From: Vulcanimicrobiota bacterium
GTDB lineage: Bacteria; Vulcanimicrobiota; Vulcanimicrobiia; Vulcanimicrobiales; Vulcanimicrobiaceae
DNA: 64,000 nt
Reading direction: 5' to 3'
Assembly (NCBI GenBank): GCA_963777315.1
Contig: CAVZQC010000005.1
Span: forward strand, 178,600-242,599
The notes beneath the pieces were generated by a model, which was not told where the DNA came from, searched no databases, and worked only from the letters and a program-made list of their open reading frames with translations. The stretch's first letter is position 1. Every line of letters starts with the position of its first letter. Both the position numbers and the translations under genes were made by a program. Below, piece after piece: positions 19,009-28,847 of the stretch.

Positions 19009-19328
19009 GGGATGATGGTGGAATCGGTAGACACAGCAGACTTCTGGTTTGGAGCCGCAAGCGCGGAAACGGTTTGCGGGATGCGCTCAAATTCGGCGAA
19101 CGCTCTGCCAAGGCGTGCCGACGCCGAGCCAAGCCGCTTAGCGGAAGGTGTAGAGACTGGACGGGCGCGGCCTACGTGACGATTCATACGGCCAAGGCAC
19201 AGTCCGGACCATCAAACGATGCGGCGTGCAAATCTTTTTGCAGTCCGCCGCATCGGCAGCGAAAGCTGCAGTGGTGCGAAAATTTGCTGCCCTAAAAGGG
19301 CGTCCGGGTTCGAGTCCCGGTCATCCCA
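19009..19328 (+). tRNA. trnL: tRNA-Leu(UAA), exons 19009-19043 and 19279-19328, interrupted by a group I intron
   Basis: Acceptor GGGATGA/TCATCCC; spliced anticodon arm GCAGA-CTT^AAAA-TTTGC; long variable arm; T arm CCGGG-TTCGAGT-CCCGG; CCA not encoded. Confidence 0.93.
19044..19278 (+). ncRNA. Group I self-splicing intron (IC3-like), 235 nt, no ORF
   Basis: Core elements CAAATTCGGCGAA, GCCGAGCCAAG, GAAGGTGTAGAGACT, AAGGCACAGTCC; P3 GCGCTC/GGGCGC; P7 GACTG/CAGTC; terminal G. Confidence 0.92.
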
Positions 19329-19492
19329 TGAAAGATGAGTACTTCCAAAATAATCAGCAGCAGACCGAACAAGCTTGAAATGCGTCTGCACTAGATTCTC
19401 GAATCGGAATAAACGTGAAAACGCAAAACACGCGTGCGAACACGCACGCGCCTTTCGCTTCCATTTCGAGACGCGCGTCGAATAAGTCGCGC

Positions 19493-20179
19493 ATGGACGA
19501 AAACATCGCGCGACGACGCAACGCGGCAATAGCGACAACGGAAGTGATCGAGAATGCTATGAAGATGCTGCTGAACGACCGGCAGACGTTCTCGCGGTTT
19601 CGCGACGCGGTAAGCTCTGCGGTCGCCGTGCGCCAAACGCATTTTCCCGGCGCGGTCGCACGCTGGTACTCGCAGAGCGTGCTGCTCGGACTTCGTCGGC
19701 TAGGAGATTCCGATCACAGGACGCACTCGATGCGCAGATTGTTCGATGCGATGGTGGCGCACCCCGACGAGTGGTCGCTGCGATCTGTGATGGAAATTTG
19801 GGATTCGACGGGACACGGCTACGACCGTGAGATGTTCGAATTCTTGGCGCGGTCAACGTACGGGCCGTTCGCCGACGCGTCCGGCAAGCGCCTCAACGTC
19901 GCAAAGGTGTCGCGGGACCGTGACGATCTCGAGGCGGCGCTGTCGGACGTGAAGAGCGTCGTGAACAAAACCGTCGCGCACGCCGAACGGCACGACGGCG
20001 AAGCGCCGACGATGACGTTCAGCCAATTGGATGCGGCGATCGACTTCTGCCACGAACTGGCGAAGCCGTACATCGCCCTGCTGACGGGGCGCGACTACAG
20101 CGATATGACGCCGACCGAGCAAATCGCCTGGTGGCGCATCTTCGAGGATTGGCCAGAGATGGCGGCCTTTCCGACATGA
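19493..20179 (+). CDS. Putative HEPN (AbiU2-like) protein
   Basis: All-helical; LLGLRRLGD...SMRRL and VNKTVAH resemble AbiU2-type HEPN; start uncertain (19415 is an alternative). Confidence 0.5.
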   Translation: MDENIARRRNAAIATTEVIENAMKMLLNDRQTFSRFRDAVSSAVAVRQTHFPGAVARWYSQSVLLGLRRLGDSDHRTHSMRRLFDAMVAHPDEWSLRSVMEIWDSTGHGYDREMFEFLARSTYGPFADASGKRLNVAKVSRDRDDLEAALSDVKSVVNKTVAHAERHDGEAPTMTFSQLDAAIDFCHELAKPYIALLTGRDYSDMTPTEQIAWWRIFEDWPEMAAFPT

Positions 20180-20209
20180 GCCTGAAACTGGCACGAAGTG
20201 AGGAAATGA

Positions 20210-20240
20210 AAAAAGGGCGGCCATGTCGGCCGCCCTTTTT
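20210..20240. terminator. Bidirectional terminator hairpin
   Basis: AAAAAGGGCGGCC / GGCCGCCCTTTTT inverted repeat. Confidence 0.75.
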
Positions 20241-20660
20241 CGTTTGAACCGGCAGCGAAACGCGCCGGATCGGCGTGAACGGAACGTTGAGCTCGAAGTC
20301 AACGTCTATCCCGTGCCGCTTTTCAAGCGGAACGAGCGTGCGCAGGTTCAACGCGACGGCCTTGAGGCGCGCCTCGTTCGCGTGCGCCGTTCTGACGCGC
20401 GCCATCGCGTTGAGAACGCAGATGCGCTCGTAGTTCTTCGCGATGGACCGGTGCTTCTTCGCCCCAGTCCGGGAGATCGTGCGGGTCCTAGCGCAATTTT
20501 GCGTCGCCGCGGAAGAAGCGGCAAAACCGGTTAGCGCCAATGCTAAGAGTGATGTCGGCGCCAAAGGCGCATTTTGCCGCCGGCTGCTCGATCATGGGAT
20601 ATCGCGGGTCGAAGGTCATAGCAGTCCATAGCAGCACCAATAAGCGGCGAGGCAAGTCCT

Positions 20661-21434
20661 GTGAAAATTGATTTTAGCAAAACAGCCGAGGATTACGGTC
20701 GCTACCGCGCGGGGTTTCCAGAAGAGTTCTTCGAGCGCACAATCAGATCCGGTCTAATTCGCCCCGGCGACCGAGTGCTCGACCTCGGAACCGGCACGGG
20801 AACTCTGGCACGAGGCCTCGCGCGGCGAGGCTGCACCGTCACCGCGCTCGACCCGTCACCCGAGCTTCTCGCGCAGGCCCGACGATTAGATCGCCAAGCC
20901 GCAATCCATGAAGTTACATATTTCGAAGGACGAGCTGAAGCGATTCCGCTCGGAGATCGTTCGTTTGACGTCGTGACGGCCGGACAATGCTGGCACTGGT
21001 TCGATAGTGCAAAGGCGGCAGCAGAGGCACGGCGCGTGTTGCGAACCGGCGGACGTATTGTCATTGCCCATTTTGATTGGATCTCGTTGCCCGGCAACGT
21101 CGTCGAAGCAACCGAAGATCTGATGGGACGGCATAATCCCAATCGTCTCCTGGCGGGATCCGGATTGCATCCGGAAAGCCTAAAAGACCTTGCAACGACA
21201 GGCTTTAGTGAAATCGAGACGGCGTCGTTCGATGTGGAGGTCCCGTACACGCACGAAGCGTGGCGAGGACGAGTGAGATCGCACGGGGGCATCGGAGGCA
21301 GCCTCGGCTCAGCAGAAGTGATCGCCTTCGATGCTGCGCTAGCGCGGCTGTTGAGAGAACGCTTTATATCCGACCCTCTGCTCGTTCCACACCGCGTATG
21401 GTATGGTACGGCCGCAGTTCACGCTCCGTCATGA
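20661..21434 (+). CDS. Class I SAM-dependent methyltransferase
   Basis: YGRYRAGFP, LDLGTGTG, FDVVTAGQCWHWF. Confidence 0.88.
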   Translation: MKIDFSKTAEDYGRYRAGFPEEFFERTIRSGLIRPGDRVLDLGTGTGTLARGLARRGCTVTALDPSPELLAQARRLDRQAAIHEVTYFEGRAEAIPLGDRSFDVVTAGQCWHWFDSAKAAAEARRVLRTGGRIVIAHFDWISLPGNVVEATEDLMGRHNPNRLLAGSGLHPESLKDLATTGFSEIETASFDVEVPYTHEAWRGRVRSHGGIGGSLGSAEVIAFDAALARLLRERFISDPLLVPHRVWYGTAAVHAPS

Positions 21435-21453
21435 GCGGCTTCTTGCGTCCGGT

Positions 21454-21948
21454 ATGATTACTTTGCGCACAATCGGCGAAGAGGATTGGCAGTTGTGGCG
21501 TCACCTTCGACTTGAAGCACTCCGGGAGGCGCCCTACGCGTTCGGCTCGACGTTCGACGATTGGCAAGGGCCGGGAGACACCGAATTGCGCTGGCGTAGA
21601 CGCCTGAAAGACGTGCCGTTAAACCTCATCGCCCATGTTGAGGAAACGCCGGCGGGCATGGTGAGTGCCACATCTTCGCAGGTCGATCAAATCGCCGAGC
21701 TCATCTCCCTGTGGGTCGTGCCGTTTGCGCGCGGGCGCGGCGTGGGCGACGCACTCGTCAAGGCCGTGATTCAGTGGGTTACGGACCGGCAAGCACGGCG
21801 GCTGATCTTAGACGTCACGGGCGACAATCACTACGCCACGGCTCTTTATCGGCGTCACGGGTTTACGGACGAAGGATTTATCGAGGGATCTGGACCAGGC
21901 TCGCAAGTCGAACGCCGTATGTCGTACGCTGTGCAGAGAGTCCAATAG
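21454..21948 (+). CDS. GNAT acetyltransferase
   Basis: LRLEALREAPYAF, LWV..ARGRGVG, N..A.ALYRRHGF. Confidence 0.88.
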   Translation: MITLRTIGEEDWQLWRHLRLEALREAPYAFGSTFDDWQGPGDTELRWRRRLKDVPLNLIAHVEETPAGMVSATSSQVDQIAELISLWVVPFARGRGVGDALVKAVIQWVTDRQARRLILDVTGDNHYATALYRRHGFTDEGFIEGSGPGSQVERRMSYAVQRVQ

Positions 21949-22126
21949 ATCATCGTGATGATTAGGGCGGACGACTGTAGGATCCGATGACGGGAAAACG
22001 CGACTTAGGCGGCTACCGACTATCGCGAACGACATACAGTGTGGGCTATTTGCGCCATCGCTTTCCGCATCGGTACACTGTGCGGCAGGGTGCTTTACGG
22101 ACAGATGACGCTACTGGTGGTCCCGC

Positions 22127-22540
22127 TCAACCCGCGTCAAGCCGAGTTACACAGGCCCTGGGCGAAAGAACGGGCGGTTCAGGAGCAACAAGGTCCAGCA
22201 AATGTCGGTCGCCCGAGACAAGCACGCCCGCGCGGGTGGCGCGTGCCAACGCCACGAGATAGTCGTCGTGCGGGTCGGCGGTGAGTCCGGGTTGGGCCGG
22301 CGGGTCCGGTGAAATGCTCGAAAGCTCGCGGATGATGGAGACGAACCTTCGAACCTCGTCCTCGGTCGCGTAGCTGCGGAACTTTGCTCTAAGCAGGACG
22401 CGCTCAAGCTCCTCGAGCAACGCGGACGACGCGATCAGCTCGAATTCGCCGGCCAGCCAGCGCAACAAGAGCCTCTCGCGGCGCCCCGTCAGCCGAAATA
22501 AATCCAGCGATTAGGACGCCTGGATCGAGAATGGCCCTTA
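22127..22540 (-). pseudogene. PIN-domain toxin, frameshifted near 22470
   Basis: N-terminal ILDPGVLIAGFIS is out of frame with LLRWLAGEFEL...DPHDDYL...VSGDRHLL; no clear start codon. Confidence 0.65.
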
Positions 22541-22747
22541 GCGATGCCGTTCCCCGTTAGCCAGCGCCAAGGCTTCGGCTTCACTTAGATGCGAACGCCC
22601 GCCGACACGCTCGAGCAGCTCAAGGCCGAGGTACGCGCGCAGCGCCTCCTCCACGACCTGAGAATCACGCTTACCGCTTCGTGCGGCGGTTACACGCGTG
22701 GCCCTCAAGAGGCCGTCCTCGAGATAGACGGTAGTCTTCCGTTTCAC
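22538..22747 (-). CDS. Ribbon-helix-helix (CopG-like) antitoxin
   Basis: KTTVYL...SQVVEEALRAYL; immediately upstream of the PIN gene. Confidence 0.75.
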   Translation of the reverse strand: MKRKTTVYLEDGLLRATRVTAARSGKRDSQVVEEALRAYLGLELLERVGGRSHLSEAEALALANGERHR

Positions 22748-22863
22748 CTTGCCATCTTAACAGAACAGCGTCATACCGTCAAAACGGCCAAGAATCAGGC
22801 AGAAGCCAGTCCCGGGTTGACGTTCCAGTCCGGGTCATCACAATACGGACTAAGTCGCCATTT

Positions 22864-23745
22864 TTAAAAGCCCGGATTCGATTCGCGACTTCCCCTTGTC
22901 TTCTGCTCTTGGGTCGAAGCGGATCGTCTATCTGGGAATTTCAAATACGACTCCGGGTCCACAAACTGCAGGTACGGCGCAAGCTTGACCATTGAGTCCA
23001 GCATCGCGGCGTGCCCCTGTCCGATTATAAGCACCACGCGATCGCCGGGGGCAATAACATGCGTCATGTTCGCGAAGATGTGCAGATTGCGAGCGTACCA
23101 AAACGCTACCAAATCGGCGCCGGCATAGTCGCCGCGCGCATCCCCGATACGGTTGACGTACATGTACCAGGAAGCGTTTAAGCTCAACGCCTGCGGTGTG
23201 TTGAGGTAACGCAAGACGTCGAGAACGCGGCTTTGTTTTTCTAATGTGTCCGAAACGCGGATCAACGGGCGCGAATGCGCATCGGCTTGCTGCAGGATTG
23301 CTGTCTGCCCATGCTTTTTCGCAGAAGCGACTACGGCGTCGTAGTCAAACGGAAATCCCGATTTCGTGTCGATTGGATAGATCGTCGGATTGTGCGATAG
23401 AGCCGCAAGGCGGTACCCGAACTGGTCGTCTTCGTTGGGCCCGAGCCGATACGCTCCGCGCAGATACTCCTTGTAGCGTTGTACGTACTTGGGATCACTT
23501 GCCACCGCTTCAATCATCACTTTGGTCGGCTTAAAGGCCGCCAGACGTGAAACGACGGCGACGATTTGGGCCTGCATCGCCGGACTTAGCGCATCCTGAC
23601 TCCAAGCGGCGTTGTGCAGATCGCTTTTTGCCACTAAGTGCGCAACGCCGACGATCATGACCTGGGCTTTGGGCGGATTCGTTTGTGCCGATGCGGGCGA
23701 GCACAGCGCCGCCGTAAGGGCCAAAAACGCCACGGCTCTTTTCAT
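22864..23745 (-). CDS. Secreted DUF5694-like protein
   Basis: Signal peptide; VMIVGVAHL, FKPTKVMIE, NEDDQFGYRLA, WYARNLHIF, GQGH. Confidence 0.7.
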   Translation of the reverse strand: MKRAVAFLALTAALCSPASAQTNPPKAQVMIVGVAHLVAKSDLHNAAWSQDALSPAMQAQIVAVVSRLAAFKPTKVMIEAVASDPKYVQRYKEYLRGAYRLGPNEDDQFGYRLAALSHNPTIYPIDTKSGFPFDYDAVVASAKKHGQTAILQQADAHSRPLIRVSDTLEKQSRVLDVLRYLNTPQALSLNASWYMYVNRIGDARGDYAGADLVAFWYARNLHIFANMTHVIAPGDRVVLIIGQGHAAMLDSMVKLAPYLQFVDPESYLKFPDRRSASTQEQKTRGSRESNPGF

Positions 23746-23825
23746 GTCGGCCGCTGTAAAACGTCGTTCCACAAGTGGTTTACGGACATCAGGTCGGTGG
23801 TGTTTCGCTCACCCGCGATTCGCCC

Positions 23826-24872
23826 TTACGTCTTTTTCGCCACTAGCGCACTTTGCGGGCTCGGTTCGAGCGAGCAGCGTTCCGGAGCTGGGAAGCCGGC
23901 ATTTTGAAACATGCCCGCATATTCGTCTTCCGTGTACACGTCGCCGTCCGGCGTAGTCGTCAGCATCGTGTAGGCGAAACGAGCCGCGAACGGCGGCGAA
24001 ACGCGGTCCGGATTGGTGATGAAGTCCACCACGATGACGCAACCGCCGGGCTTGAGTGCAGCGTGTGCCTTGCGCAGCAGCCCGGTGGCCTTCTCGGCGT
24101 TGAAATGGTGCAGGAAGTTCGGTATGAGGACCAGATCGTAATCCTGCCCGAACTCCACGGCGAACGCGTCGCCCGCAAGTTCCTCGAATCGTTCGGCCAC
24201 GCCGGCTGCGCCGGCATTCTCGCGCGCAACCTTGAGCACCGCCGGCCAATCTTGCGCGACGATGCGCGCTTGTGGAAAACGTCGCGCGACGGCGATGCCG
24301 AACGCGCCGTGGCCGGCGGCGATATCGAGCACCTTGGACGCAGAGGCAGCGTCCAACGGTGCAAGCTCCGCTACGATCTGCGCGGGGAGCCGCTGCAGCG
24401 GCGCCATGGACGTTGCGAACAGCGTCCACAGCGCAACGTCTGCATCGTGCGTGTTGAGCGAGCTGTGCTCCTCGGCAAGCGTTCCGTCCCGTACGACTTG
24501 CGTAGTCTGCGACGCGCGTTCGACAACGAAAGGGTTGGTCAGAAACTGTACCGCGGAAGCGATGCACGCGGGCGAACGCCGATCGAGGAACAGAGCAGAT
24601 TCGGGCGTAAGGCGGTAACGGTCGTCGCGTTTTTCGAGCAAGCCGAGTGTCGAAAGAAAGTCGCAAAGCGTGCGGCAGCCCCGCTGCGATGCGTTGCTTG
24701 CCGTTGCGATGCGCTCGACCGTATCGCACCCTTTCCCGATGGCGCTGAACAGGTCAAGTTCAACGGCAGCTTTGAGCGCATACGTCCGCTGATACGAATT
24801 GGCGATTTCCATGATCGTCGCGGGCGAAGGCGCAGCCTGCGTTTGCATTGGAGCCGTTTGCACTCTGGGCAT
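23826..24872 (-). CDS. O-methyltransferase (dimerisation + Methyltransf_2 domains)
   Basis: AAVELDLF, LDIAAGHG, GDAF, NFLHHF. Confidence 0.87.
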   Translation of the reverse strand: MPRVQTAPMQTQAAPSPATIMEIANSYQRTYALKAAVELDLFSAIGKGCDTVERIATASNASQRGCRTLCDFLSTLGLLEKRDDRYRLTPESALFLDRRSPACIASAVQFLTNPFVVERASQTTQVVRDGTLAEEHSSLNTHDADVALWTLFATSMAPLQRLPAQIVAELAPLDAASASKVLDIAAGHGAFGIAVARRFPQARIVAQDWPAVLKVARENAGAAGVAERFEELAGDAFAVEFGQDYDLVLIPNFLHHFNAEKATGLLRKAHAALKPGGCVIVVDFITNPDRVSPPFAARFAYTMLTTTPDGDVYTEDEYAGMFQNAGFPAPERCSLEPSPQSALVAKKT

Positions 24873-25339
24873 CAGCGCGTTGCCGACGCGTCGGGATCGG
24901 GCGCGCCATCCGGACAGTAGTGCATATGAGTGGCGTGCGAGACGTAGTATGCGTGGATGTCGTAATGCGGGATGGGCATGCCCTCGTGTCCGTGAGGATG
25001 GTACTCGATGTCGACGTGGTTGATCGTGTGCCCGGGCAGCGCGGTCAAATCGGTGTAGTTGAAGCCTCGCTCGAACTCGCTCTTGGGCACCATGATCTCC
25101 GAAAATACCACCTTGCCGTCGTAGGTCCCGTAGATGGGAGCCTGCATGTTCTTCAGGTCGGCCCAGTGATCGCCCATCGTCTGCACGCACGGACTGACCA
25201 GCATGTATCCCGCCGGGATACCCGCGGGCCGCACTTTGGGCTGAGGCGGAAGCTGCATGCCTTCTGGGGGAGCGGCGGCTAGCGCTGCCGGCGTCGCCGC
25301 GGCGAGCGCAAACACAAAAACCATAAGACGTTGAAGCAC
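24872..25339 (-). CDS. Secreted His-rich protein (TTHB210/DUF5602-like)
   Basis: Signal peptide; MGDHW, HPHGHEG...PHYDIHAY. Confidence 0.6.
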   Translation of the reverse strand: MLQRLMVFVFALAAATPAALAAAPPEGMQLPPQPKVRPAGIPAGYMLVSPCVQTMGDHWADLKNMQAPIYGTYDGKVVFSEIMVPKSEFERGFNYTDLTALPGHTINHVDIEYHPHGHEGMPIPHYDIHAYYVSHATHMHYCPDGAPDPDASATR

Positions 25340-25463
25340 TGTGAGTTCCTTTCACGCTTCGAAAAGCGAGTACGCAGGTACGTTCTTCCGATTCTGCACG
25401 ACAAGCGTCTAGAAAGTGTCTAGGCGGCGCGCAGGTTGCTTGTCCCGAGTCCGCTACGGCACC

Positions 25464-26885
25464 TTAGAGCGGCAACCGGTTCGTGATGTAGTCCGCCACA
25501 CGCCCTGCAGCCGGCGGATCGAGGTTCGAAAGCACCGCGATCACGTAGCCTGCTTGCGGGCAGATCTCCAGGTCGCCGTTCATTCCGGGTGCGCCGCCGT
25601 TATGTCCGAAGCACCTCGTTCCGTTCACAACGCGATCGCCGAACCCAAACCCGTATTTGATGCCCGGCGCCATCTGCACTTTGCCCGTGGTCATCATCTC
25701 GGTGTACTGCGCGCTCAGCAGCGTATGGTTTTCCAGTGCGTTCGCAAAGCGCAGCAAATCCCTCACGGTCGAATATCCGCCGCCGGCCGACGTGCCGCGA
25801 TACGGCAGCGTATCCGTATTCGGCTGCACGCCGCCTTGGGGCGCGCTCATGTAGCCGATGCTGCGGTTTGCCACGGCGACGTCTTCGGGCTCCGACCCGC
25901 TATTCGCCATACCGGCCGGTCCGTAGATGTGCTCGCGCACGTAGTCGTAGTAGCTTTGACCGCTGACTTTTTCGATGACGGCTCCGAGCACAATGAAACC
26001 GTAATTGCTGTACTCGAACTTGCTGCCCGATGTGAAGCGGAGCGCGCGGGCGCCATAGAGATCGATGTAATCTTGCAGCGTGCGCAGCTTCAAGCGGTTC
26101 TTGTCGAACTCAGGGCCGAAAATGTCACCCGTGCCGCCCGTATGCGTGAGCAGCTGCCGAATCGTGACGCTCGAGGCCATCGGCTTGTTGGGGTAAGCCG
26201 GAAGGTACGTTGCGAACGGTTTGTCGAGATCGATCTTGCCGGCTTGAACCAACTGCATGATCGACGTGGCCGTGAACATCTTGTTCATCGATCCGATGCG
26301 AAAGCGCGTATCCAGTGTATTCAGCGTATTCGTTGCCCGGTCGGCAAGACCGTACGCTCGTTCAAATATGGGCTGCCCGTCTTTCGCGACCAGCACGGCG
26401 CCCGCAAAAGCGTCTTTCGCAGCCTGCTCTTGCATACGCGATTCGACGGCCGCAATCAGCTGTGGCTGCGAGAGATGCGGAAGCGGAAAATCTGCAGGAC
26501 GATCTATAGCGACCAACGAGCCGCCCATGATGCGATACGGCGGCTTGCTTTGCACGTTGAAGACGAGCCGCGCGAACTGGTCCGAGAGATGCTCTTGGAC
26601 GAGCGCCGTAATCGACGCCGGGGTCGACTTCTCGATCTTCCGCAAGTCAAAACCGCCGGTCATGCTGCGGAACTGCATCTCATCGTCGAGCTGCGGCAGC
26701 CGTTGGGGTTCGTGCTGTTCTAAAAAATGTTTGAACGTTTGCCGGTCGCCGCTATCGAACGCTTGTAACCACGCGCCCAAGGCACGACCTGCGGGCGTGT
26801 TCGGCAGCGCAGGCGACATGGCTGCGTTCCCGCCGAGCGTATGAAGGGCGAAGACCAGCGCGAAAAACCACACGACAAATTTCAT
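25464..26885 (-). CDS. Serine hydrolase, beta-lactamase family
   Basis: GSMNK (SxxK), LLTHTGG, YSN, HNGG. Confidence 0.9.
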   Translation of the reverse strand: MKFVVWFFALVFALHTLGGNAAMSPALPNTPAGRALGAWLQAFDSGDRQTFKHFLEQHEPQRLPQLDDEMQFRSMTGGFDLRKIEKSTPASITALVQEHLSDQFARLVFNVQSKPPYRIMGGSLVAIDRPADFPLPHLSQPQLIAAVESRMQEQAAKDAFAGAVLVAKDGQPIFERAYGLADRATNTLNTLDTRFRIGSMNKMFTATSIMQLVQAGKIDLDKPFATYLPAYPNKPMASSVTIRQLLTHTGGTGDIFGPEFDKNRLKLRTLQDYIDLYGARALRFTSGSKFEYSNYGFIVLGAVIEKVSGQSYYDYVREHIYGPAGMANSGSEPEDVAVANRSIGYMSAPQGGVQPNTDTLPYRGTSAGGGYSTVRDLLRFANALENHTLLSAQYTEMMTTGKVQMAPGIKYGFGFGDRVVNGTRCFGHNGGAPGMNGDLEICPQAGYVIAVLSNLDPPAAGRVADYITNRLPL

Positions 26886-26893
26886 GCAAACCC

Positions 26894-28789
26894 TCAATGC
26901 CGCGACATGATCGTTTCGAGCATGTCTGGGCGGCCGGCGATTCGTACCAAGTGCGGGTAGCGCAGCCCGCCGTGGTAATCCACCGAGTACGTCGAATACC
27001 AGCCGCTTTGCGAGCCTAGCAGCCGGATCGAATCGCGTGAACTGCTCGCCTTTGCGATCGCGTCGTCCAGCACGCCGGTAGCGTATTCCTGTCCGTCGAC
27101 GGCAACGATCTTCACGCCCGGCGACAGAGCGGCGTTCCACGCGGCCGATCCTTTGCGTACGTCTCGAATCGAGCCGTCGGAACCGATTCGAACACCCAGC
27201 GAATACCACAAGTCGGCGCCGTGGTTGAATCCATCGCGTGCCGATATGAATTCGTTCGGCTTGTCGGTGTAGACCAGGCGCCATCCGGCCCGTTCGATAT
27301 CAGCGTACGGTGGATGCGGCGCGATGTCGTAGACGGCGCGCTCGAAGAATCCGTGCCAATCATAGGGCAGTACCTGTCCCAGCAATCGCTCGACGTCGGC
27401 GCGCGTATACGTTTTGGTTATCGGCCCGGTCAGTTGCGGCTGCGTGAACAGATGCTCGAAGTCGTCCAGTGATTTCTTGCCGCCGCTGCGGTCGCGAATG
27501 ATAACGTCGGCAGCCAGCCAGATCAGATGCCCTTCGGTGTAGAAGTCTCCCGCGGTCCGGCGCAGCGAACTGTATTGTCCGCTTGCCGAGTAATAGTAGG
27601 GCGCGCCGGTGGTCGTATCGATGATCGGCGTGGTTGAGCGCCCGGGCTCGTTGTCCATCGCCGCGTAGATGCTTGCCAAATATTCCGGGTAGGTTTTGGG
27701 ATCGCGAATGCCGGTGCGGAACGAAAGCATGTCGCCCAAATACTGATTCATGCCCTCGTACACCCACAGCAGATCCGTTTGCATCGGTATCTGAAAATTC
27801 AGCGTCGTAAGGTCTTGCGGACGCCGGTATTTTCCGTTCCAGGAATGCGAGAATTCGTGCGTGAGCAGATCGCCGCCGGTGACTTGCCGTTTCGGGTCGG
27901 TCATAAAGTTCTCAGGCGCGCGATTGTCACTGCTTTGATGATGTTCGATTCCTTGAAATCCGATCGCGTCGCTGAGGGTGAGAAGCGAATGATAGTCGTG
28001 CCAGTGGCGCGAGCCGTACAGCGCCAGCGCCTGCGGCGTCATGCGCTGATACGCCTGCAGCAACTTGCTGGGAAAGTCCAAATCCTGCGGTTTGTCGGCG
28101 AACGCGTCCAGCCATTGAGCGCTGTCGCCGCTGCGCCACAACAGCACGTGTTTGTAGTACCGTCCCATGTCCAGAGGAGAATCGATCAGCATGTTGAGCG
28201 GGACGGTATCGAAGTCCACGCGCTGGCCGCTTTGACGCGGACCGGGCAGAGCCGTGCCGTATCCCCATCCCATCGGCAAGATGATGCTCGCCTTGACGAA
28301 ATAGCCGTGCGAGTTGACGTCGTTTTGATAGAGCAGGTCCCGGTTCCAGTTGACGATCGCGACGTTGCGGGTTGCCATCGTATCGCCCGGAGCGTTGAGC
28401 AGCACGGTAAAATCGACGGTTAGCGCATTTACGCCGGCCGGGACGTCGACGTGGAAAGCATACATGTCGATTCGATCGCGCCGCCAGCGCAGATCGCGTC
28501 CGTCCGCGCTCACTCGCAGTTGCGCAAGGTCGTTCAGCGGTCCGGTCGGCCCGTGTTCGCCGGGGATCCACTTTGGATAGACGATGGTAAAGACGCCCGG
28601 CTTTGCCGGAATCGTCATGTGCGATTGCATGATCCCGCGTCCGGCTTGACGCGCGTCCAAAACCAAAGTTTCCGGAATCGCCTGCGTTGCGAGCGAAACC
28701 GCGTTTGCATTCGGCGTCTCCTGTGCCAAACAATGGGCAGGCTGCGCGGCGCAAATCGCAAAAATGAGCGTAATGAGTGCCCGCTTCAT
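26894..28789 (-). CDS. M61 glycyl aminopeptidase with PDZ domain
   Basis: PKWIPG, GIEH, HEFSHSWNGK, LWVYEG. Confidence 0.9.
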   Translation of the reverse strand: MKRALITLIFAICAAQPAHCLAQETPNANAVSLATQAIPETLVLDARQAGRGIMQSHMTIPAKPGVFTIVYPKWIPGEHGPTGPLNDLAQLRVSADGRDLRWRRDRIDMYAFHVDVPAGVNALTVDFTVLLNAPGDTMATRNVAIVNWNRDLLYQNDVNSHGYFVKASIILPMGWGYGTALPGPRQSGQRVDFDTVPLNMLIDSPLDMGRYYKHVLLWRSGDSAQWLDAFADKPQDLDFPSKLLQAYQRMTPQALALYGSRHWHDYHSLLTLSDAIGFQGIEHHQSSDNRAPENFMTDPKRQVTGGDLLTHEFSHSWNGKYRRPQDLTTLNFQIPMQTDLLWVYEGMNQYLGDMLSFRTGIRDPKTYPEYLASIYAAMDNEPGRSTTPIIDTTTGAPYYYSASGQYSSLRRTAGDFYTEGHLIWLAADVIIRDRSGGKKSLDDFEHLFTQPQLTGPITKTYTRADVERLLGQVLPYDWHGFFERAVYDIAPHPPYADIERAGWRLVYTDKPNEFISARDGFNHGADLWYSLGVRIGSDGSIRDVRKGSAAWNAALSPGVKIVAVDGQEYATGVLDDAIAKASSSRDSIRLLGSQSGWYSTYSVDYHGGLRYPHLVRIAGRPDMLETIMSRH

Positions 28790-28847
28790 AATGCGCTAGA
28801 TTCTGCGGCAACGCCTCGGGATGCTCCCCGGCGGGTACAAGCGCGCC

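Noticed and set aside
19037..19052. Alternative P1 (CAGACU/GGUUUG) placing the splice site after U33
   Set aside because: It gives no 7-nt anticodon loop with a terminal G; the U34 site does.
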